From Eukaryota sp. TZLM1-RC (taxonomy: Eukaryota > Protista > Metamonada: BaSk clade): a DNA stretch of 64,000 nt. This document shows positions 59,567-64,000 of the stretch, piece after piece. A program made the position numbers and the translations under genes. Position 1 is the first letter of the stretch. Every line of letters starts with the position of its first letter. The DNA lies in the NCBI GenBank assembly GCA_040285825.1, contig JAUPSS010000004.1, positions 1,716,550 to 1,780,549 of the forward strand, read 5' to 3'. Below the pieces are notes generated by a model. The model was not told the DNA's origin. It saw nothing but the letters and a program-made list of their open reading frames with translations, and ran no database searches.

Positions 59567-62335
59567 ATGTCCTCTGATGTCTGTTCCTTAAATCTGCAGC
59601 GTACCTTTGGATTTAACTACCTTTTGCCAAATGCTGTACATAATCTTTCAATTGGGGATGAAATCATTGTTGCCTATACAGTCTCTCACAATGTAGTTAT
59701 ACACAATATAACCACAAATCACCAGAGAATCCTGCGTGGTCACAGATATACTATAACTGCAATATCGTCATCACTTGACCGCAAGTTTCTGGCAACGGCA
59801 GATACTGGTCCCGACCCATCACTTATTGTCTGGGATGTTACCACTGCGAGTCCTCTCAGAACTTTTTTCAAACCCAATCTACCAACCGAAGGAACCTGCT
59901 CTCTTTGTTTCTCCCTTGATTCCAGAGTTTTGGCTTCCCTCTCTACCTCTTCCCCTTCCCAATCCATTCATCTTTGGGATTGGACAAATCCTGACCCTTC
60001 TTGCTCTGTTCTTTGCTCAACCACTCTTCCTTCTACTTCATTTCCCTTCATCTACCTCTCTTTTTCCCCTTATGACTCTTCTCTTTTGGTCTCTGTCTCT
60101 CCTTCGTCTGTTTTAGCTTGTAAGGTTTCACAATCATCTCCAAATGATGCTAACTCTACCCTAACCCTAAACCTGACCAACTGTGTCATAGTCCCTTCAA
60201 TCTTTAAACTCCCTCTCTCCACATCACCCTTCTCATCTACTCCCCTTTTCCTCCCTTCCAACTCTCCTCTTGGTGACTTTGTGGTACCTACGGATGACGG
60301 CAGGGGGGTTGTGTTTGGTGCGAATGAGGGTGCGATTCAATCAACAAGAACAGTCAAGCTCCATGAATCCTCTGGTATTACTGATTCGGCCCAAACCCCA
60401 TCCACCTTCATTATCACGACAAAGTCGGGAGTAGTCAGGATTTTTGACCTATCATTTAGACTTTTGGCCTGGTTTGATGACCTAAATGTTGGACCATTAT
60501 TATCTCTATCAACTGCTCCTTTAATTGAATTGGAACAGTTCTTGGAAGATCCTTTACTATCAGTTGATGTTCTTAAGCTCTCTCCATTTGAATTTAGTAG
60601 ATTACTTTCTTCGTTTGTATTGAGCTGTGAAACGGGTCTTGCTGTTTATGTCAATAGTCCTAAAGTGTTTTCTCAAGTTGACCCTTCCGACCGTCATGGA
60701 GACGTGATCCTAGAAGCATTCACGTCACCAGTGAGTTCAGTTGCCAGTCATTTACAGTTTCCTCTAGTATTTACAGGTGATTATAGTGGGTTGATCAAAA
60801 TTTTCAATATTGAAAGTAATGAAATGGTATTCAAATCTCAACATTCAAGTGCAGTTGTTTCGTTATCATTGAATTCTGATTTAAATTTGTTGTTGAGTTC
60901 TTTTGGTGATGGTTGCATTGGATTGTTTAAGTTCGATTGTGATTTGATGGCATTGGAGAGAATTGGTTTATGGGATTTTAGCTCTCCACCTTGTAATCAC
61001 ATCACGTGGTCTGATTGTGGGGGTTACTTTGGTACGATTGACTCTGATGGGGTAGTTTCCCTTTTTGGACAGGTTGATAATCAAGAAGATAGAATTCATT
61101 ATGAGCAGCAGTCAGATTGGTTTTTGATTGGCCGCCATGGAGTTTTTACGGGAACACCAAAAAGTCTGTTGTTTTCCACAGTTGGACCAACAATTTCTCT
61201 TGTTGCTATTTCTGATGACAAGACTATAGTTGAAGTCGATGTCATCAAATCACGTGATCCAAGTCCAGTTCCTTTATCACTGGTTTTGTCAGCAAGGAAA
61301 ATTGTTGAACAATTAGCCAAGCCCCAGTGTTTGTTCAACCATACAGACGAGTCTTATCTAGTGTTTAACGATGAATTTAAAATTAGAATGATTGATAAGC
61401 AGAGTTTTGAACTTAAACAAACTGTTCTGGGACCAGTATTCACCTCCCCAGTATCACAAATTACTCCGGTCAAGGGTTTTCCTGAATTTTTGGTCTTTTC
61501 CACTTTTGATCGTATTGTTGGAGTCCTTCACCTCCCTCTTGATGGAAATCCTGCCAGGGTACTTGGTGTGTTGGCGCACGCAGATTCAGTTCTTGATGTA
61601 GCAACAATTGAAGTTAAAAATAGATCTTTTGTTTGTAGTGTAGGAGGTCCTGCAGAGTTGGTGACGTCATCAGGTCAGAAACAACGAGAAGTTCACGATG
61701 GGTCATTATGTGTGTGGAATTTTGATCCATTACCCCTCAAACAGCAACTGGTCAATTCTGGTCAAGGAATCAAACCTTTTTTGGACGCTCTCAATTGTGA
61801 CGAATCATTTATTGAATTTCTTCACGATGTTTTTACATTTAGCTGCATTCAATCCAAGACTGATAAAGATATGGTGGTGTTGCCCTCAAGTTTGCCATCA
61901 ATGCTTAGTGCTTTAGATGTTTTTTTGTCGGAATGGGAACTTGGTGTGCTGGAAAAGGAAGCTGATGAGCTGGCAAAGGGTCAAAAAGGCTTGACTTTTG
62001 ATGACTTTGTGAAGATTTACTTTAACCATCGCAGAGTTATTCCAATAGATGATTATTTAGCCAACTGTTTACCAAACTTAAATAGAATAATGGACACTCA
62101 AGAACCACCCTCAAGACACGAAATGGCTGAGCTGGTAGAAGATCAAAATCAATCAATTCAAGAGACTTCAATCGACTTTTTAATGAATCAAATAATATCT
62201 AGGGGTGAATCATTTGAAAGTCAAGAAGAATTGGAAGAGTTACTGGAAGGTATCATAAACTGTGAACTTTCAGAGTTACCAGATTCGCTCACTATTGAAG
62301 ACTTAATGAATTTATTGCAGCTTTCTGTAGATTAA
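59567..62335 (+). CDS. CFAP251: cilia/flagella-associated WD40 protein CFAP251 (WDR66)-like
   Basis: TFGFN, LRGH...ATAD.GPD..LIVWD, KTVLGP-like, LPLDGNP...AH, C-terminal EF-hand-like FDDFVKIYFNHR. Confidence 0.8.
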   Translation: MSSDVCSLNLQRTFGFNYLLPNAVHNLSIGDEIIVAYTVSHNVVIHNITTNHQRILRGHRYTITAISSSLDRKFLATADTGPDPSLIVWDVTTASPLRTFFKPNLPTEGTCSLCFSLDSRVLASLSTSSPSQSIHLWDWTNPDPSCSVLCSTTLPSTSFPFIYLSFSPYDSSLLVSVSPSSVLACKVSQSSPNDANSTLTLNLTNCVIVPSIFKLPLSTSPFSSTPLFLPSNSPLGDFVVPTDDGRGVVFGANEGAIQSTRTVKLHESSGITDSAQTPSTFIITTKSGVVRIFDLSFRLLAWFDDLNVGPLLSLSTAPLIELEQFLEDPLLSVDVLKLSPFEFSRLLSSFVLSCETGLAVYVNSPKVFSQVDPSDRHGDVILEAFTSPVSSVASHLQFPLVFTGDYSGLIKIFNIESNEMVFKSQHSSAVVSLSLNSDLNLLLSSFGDGCIGLFKFDCDLMALERIGLWDFSSPPCNHITWSDCGGYFGTIDSDGVVSLFGQVDNQEDRIHYEQQSDWFLIGRHGVFTGTPKSLLFSTVGPTISLVAISDDKTIVEVDVIKSRDPSPVPLSLVLSARKIVEQLAKPQCLFNHTDESYLVFNDEFKIRMIDKQSFELKQTVLGPVFTSPVSQITPVKGFPEFLVFSTFDRIVGVLHLPLDGNPARVLGVLAHADSVLDVATIEVKNRSFVCSVGGPAELVTSSGQKQREVHDGSLCVWNFDPLPLKQQLVNSGQGIKPFLDALNCDESFIEFLHDVFTFSCIQSKTDKDMVVLPSSLPSMLSALDVFLSEWELGVLEKEADELAKGQKGLTFDDFVKIYFNHRRVIPIDDYLANCLPNLNRIMDTQEPPSRHEMAELVEDQNQSIQETSIDFLMNQIISRGESFESQEELEELLEGIINCELSELPDSLTIEDLMNLLQLSVD

Positions 62336-62930
62336 ATAAAATGTATTTTAGTTTTATTATCATTACAAATATTGTTTGATTAAATAAATCTTGGCAGTTG
62401 TGTAGACAAAACCTTCATTAAAATCAGGATTGTTCTGAAAACTGCCTTTAGGGTATCTTGTTTGATAAAGTTCGCAAAAAAATAGAGTACTTTTATTATC
62501 AAACGTCTTGAAACAGCTATGAGCAAAACACCACGAGGTGCCAAGCAGGAAGAACGTCAGAAACCATGTGTACGGGAGATTTCTGATTGGCAGATGGAAC
62601 CACCTGAGGAGGAAATCAGAGAGTTCAGGCGAGAGCCTCCACAGTATAGCAGAACAGTGAACGAAGAAGAAGTCGGTGACACTGTTGAAACTGAAAGGAT
62701 TTACTACGAACCAGTCTTTAAGATCAAGATTCAAAGAGAACCACTGGAACGAGAAGTGGTAATCAGAGAACCTATTAGTGGTGAAGAAGCTGACACAAAG
62801 CGCGAGGCATATGACCTAGAGGAGAAAGAGCTAGATACTGGAACCACAAGATTATGATATTAATATTATAAAATTGATTATTCAAACCAAATTAACTGGA
62901 ACAAAAAATAACAAAAAATAACAAAACAAA

Positions 62931-63515
62931 CTAAAACACATAAGAAACAAAATTCTCCACGCCAACTCTTGATGAATCCTTATACAGCTTGGACATCATT
63001 AGACTCAAGTACTTGGGAACACTTCTGTACAAGGCGAAAATGATACGATTCTTCCATAAATTCCCTGCAAAATTCTTACCACTTGAACGACATAAATTGC
63101 CAAAAACGTTGAGAAAAATCAAAGCAGACTGTCCAATGTTGCCAAAAATCGAAAAGGCAAAAGGAACAAACGAAAACTTCGAGTAAAGATTCTTATTTAA
63201 ATCATTTAATATCTCAGTATATTTATCTCTTTATCTTTTTTTTTTCTTTATCTCTTTATTTATCTCTTTTATGATCTTCAGCCTTGTTTAAATGACCATT
63301 AGCACTAAGTAAAACATCATCACGATAAATAAAAGCAAAGGGATCAACTGTAGTAAAATCAACAACAACTTGAGAGGAATCAAAAAAAGGAGCAATTAAA
63401 TCACCTCAACGTGAATTAAACAGATTATTATCGCTATAATGCTTCAACAACGGTTCTACTTTGCAACTAAAATTGGAACACTTGAACATGTCATATGTCA
63501 CAACACGAACGGCAT
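62931..63515 (-). mobile_element. non-LTR 3' RLE fragment (family E)
   Basis: VEPLL, GDLIAPF...VDFTTVDP, FVPFAFSIFGNIG...LWKNRIIFA. Confidence 0.75.
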
Positions 63516-63734
63516 TAACACTATTAAAAAAGAAAACTAAATAATCCACGATTTTTGGACATATGTTGACGGCCGACTTCAAATGATCATAACTAAAATA
63601 TTTAACTAAAAACTAAATATAACTAAAATGTTTTTTACAGAATGTTTTTGTAAAACAAAACGTTTTACTGAACAAAGACCCTTTACTATCACATTTATTG
63701 AACATGCACACTTAATGAAATTAATTCATGATTA

Positions 63735-64000
63735 ATGGGACGAATATCATTGGACCATTGTTTTCCTCTACAAAATCTTGATCTGCTTGCTGTCTAGCTA
63801 AAGCTTCTCTTATTCGATTGAAAAACCGAGGTAATCTATTGATAATGGCAAATTGAATCCGAGAACGCCATAAAAAATTATCAAATCTTTTCATTGTTTC
63901 TTGTTGAATCATTTTTGGAAGTCATTCAAAAAGTTTCTGCTTCATCTGATAATCTCCCATTTATGGAAAATGGGAAAGCAATGAAAACCAGCTGTGTATT
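63735..64000 (-). mobile_element. non-LTR 3' fragment (family B), runs off the window
   Basis: LWRSRIQFAIINRLPRFFNRIREALARQQADQDFVEE, as at 28429. Confidence 0.85.

Noticed and set aside
62519-62857. Glu/Arg-rich 112-aa ORF
   Set aside because: No recognisable domain; it lies among TE debris and cannot be assigned.

Overview
AT-rich, gene-dense nuclear DNA from a flagellated protist. It uses the standard genetic code and has tiny 28-32 nt GT-AG introns. A metamonad is suggested by the G6PD::6PGL fusion, but that is inference. Host genes: RPL21, a Mn-type CDF transporter, eIF3L-like, PTEN-like, eRF1, a CUE/Smr protein, PAN3, Seh1/Sec13-like, PHB depolymerase-like, 6PGD head-to-head with G6PD::6PGL, an ASM-like phosphodiesterase, cytosolic Hsp70, two tRNA-Ser(GCT), BBOF1-like and CFAP251. 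These sit as islands among mobile DNA: many RT+RLE non-LTR retroelement fragments, a Ty3/Gypsy element with ~80-bp LTRs, a MULE fragment, a pogo element and a TA-flanked non-autonomous DNA transposon. The most notable content is Fanzor1 (eukaryotic TnpB-like RNA-guided nuclease): four decayed loci of three families plus a detached copy of a structured right end (candidate omegaRNA). The 52.3-56.3 kb locus reads as a polyprotein: Cys-rich hydrophobic repeats, a 2A/StopGo-like motif, a basic NLS-like stretch, a family-B DNA polymerase proofreading (3'-5' exonuclease) domain, then Fanzor. An independent fragment at 33.0-33.4 kb carries ExoIII running in frame into a Fanzor-like N-terminus, which supports an exonuclease-Fanzor fusion family. 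All calls are by eye from motifs; no searches were run.
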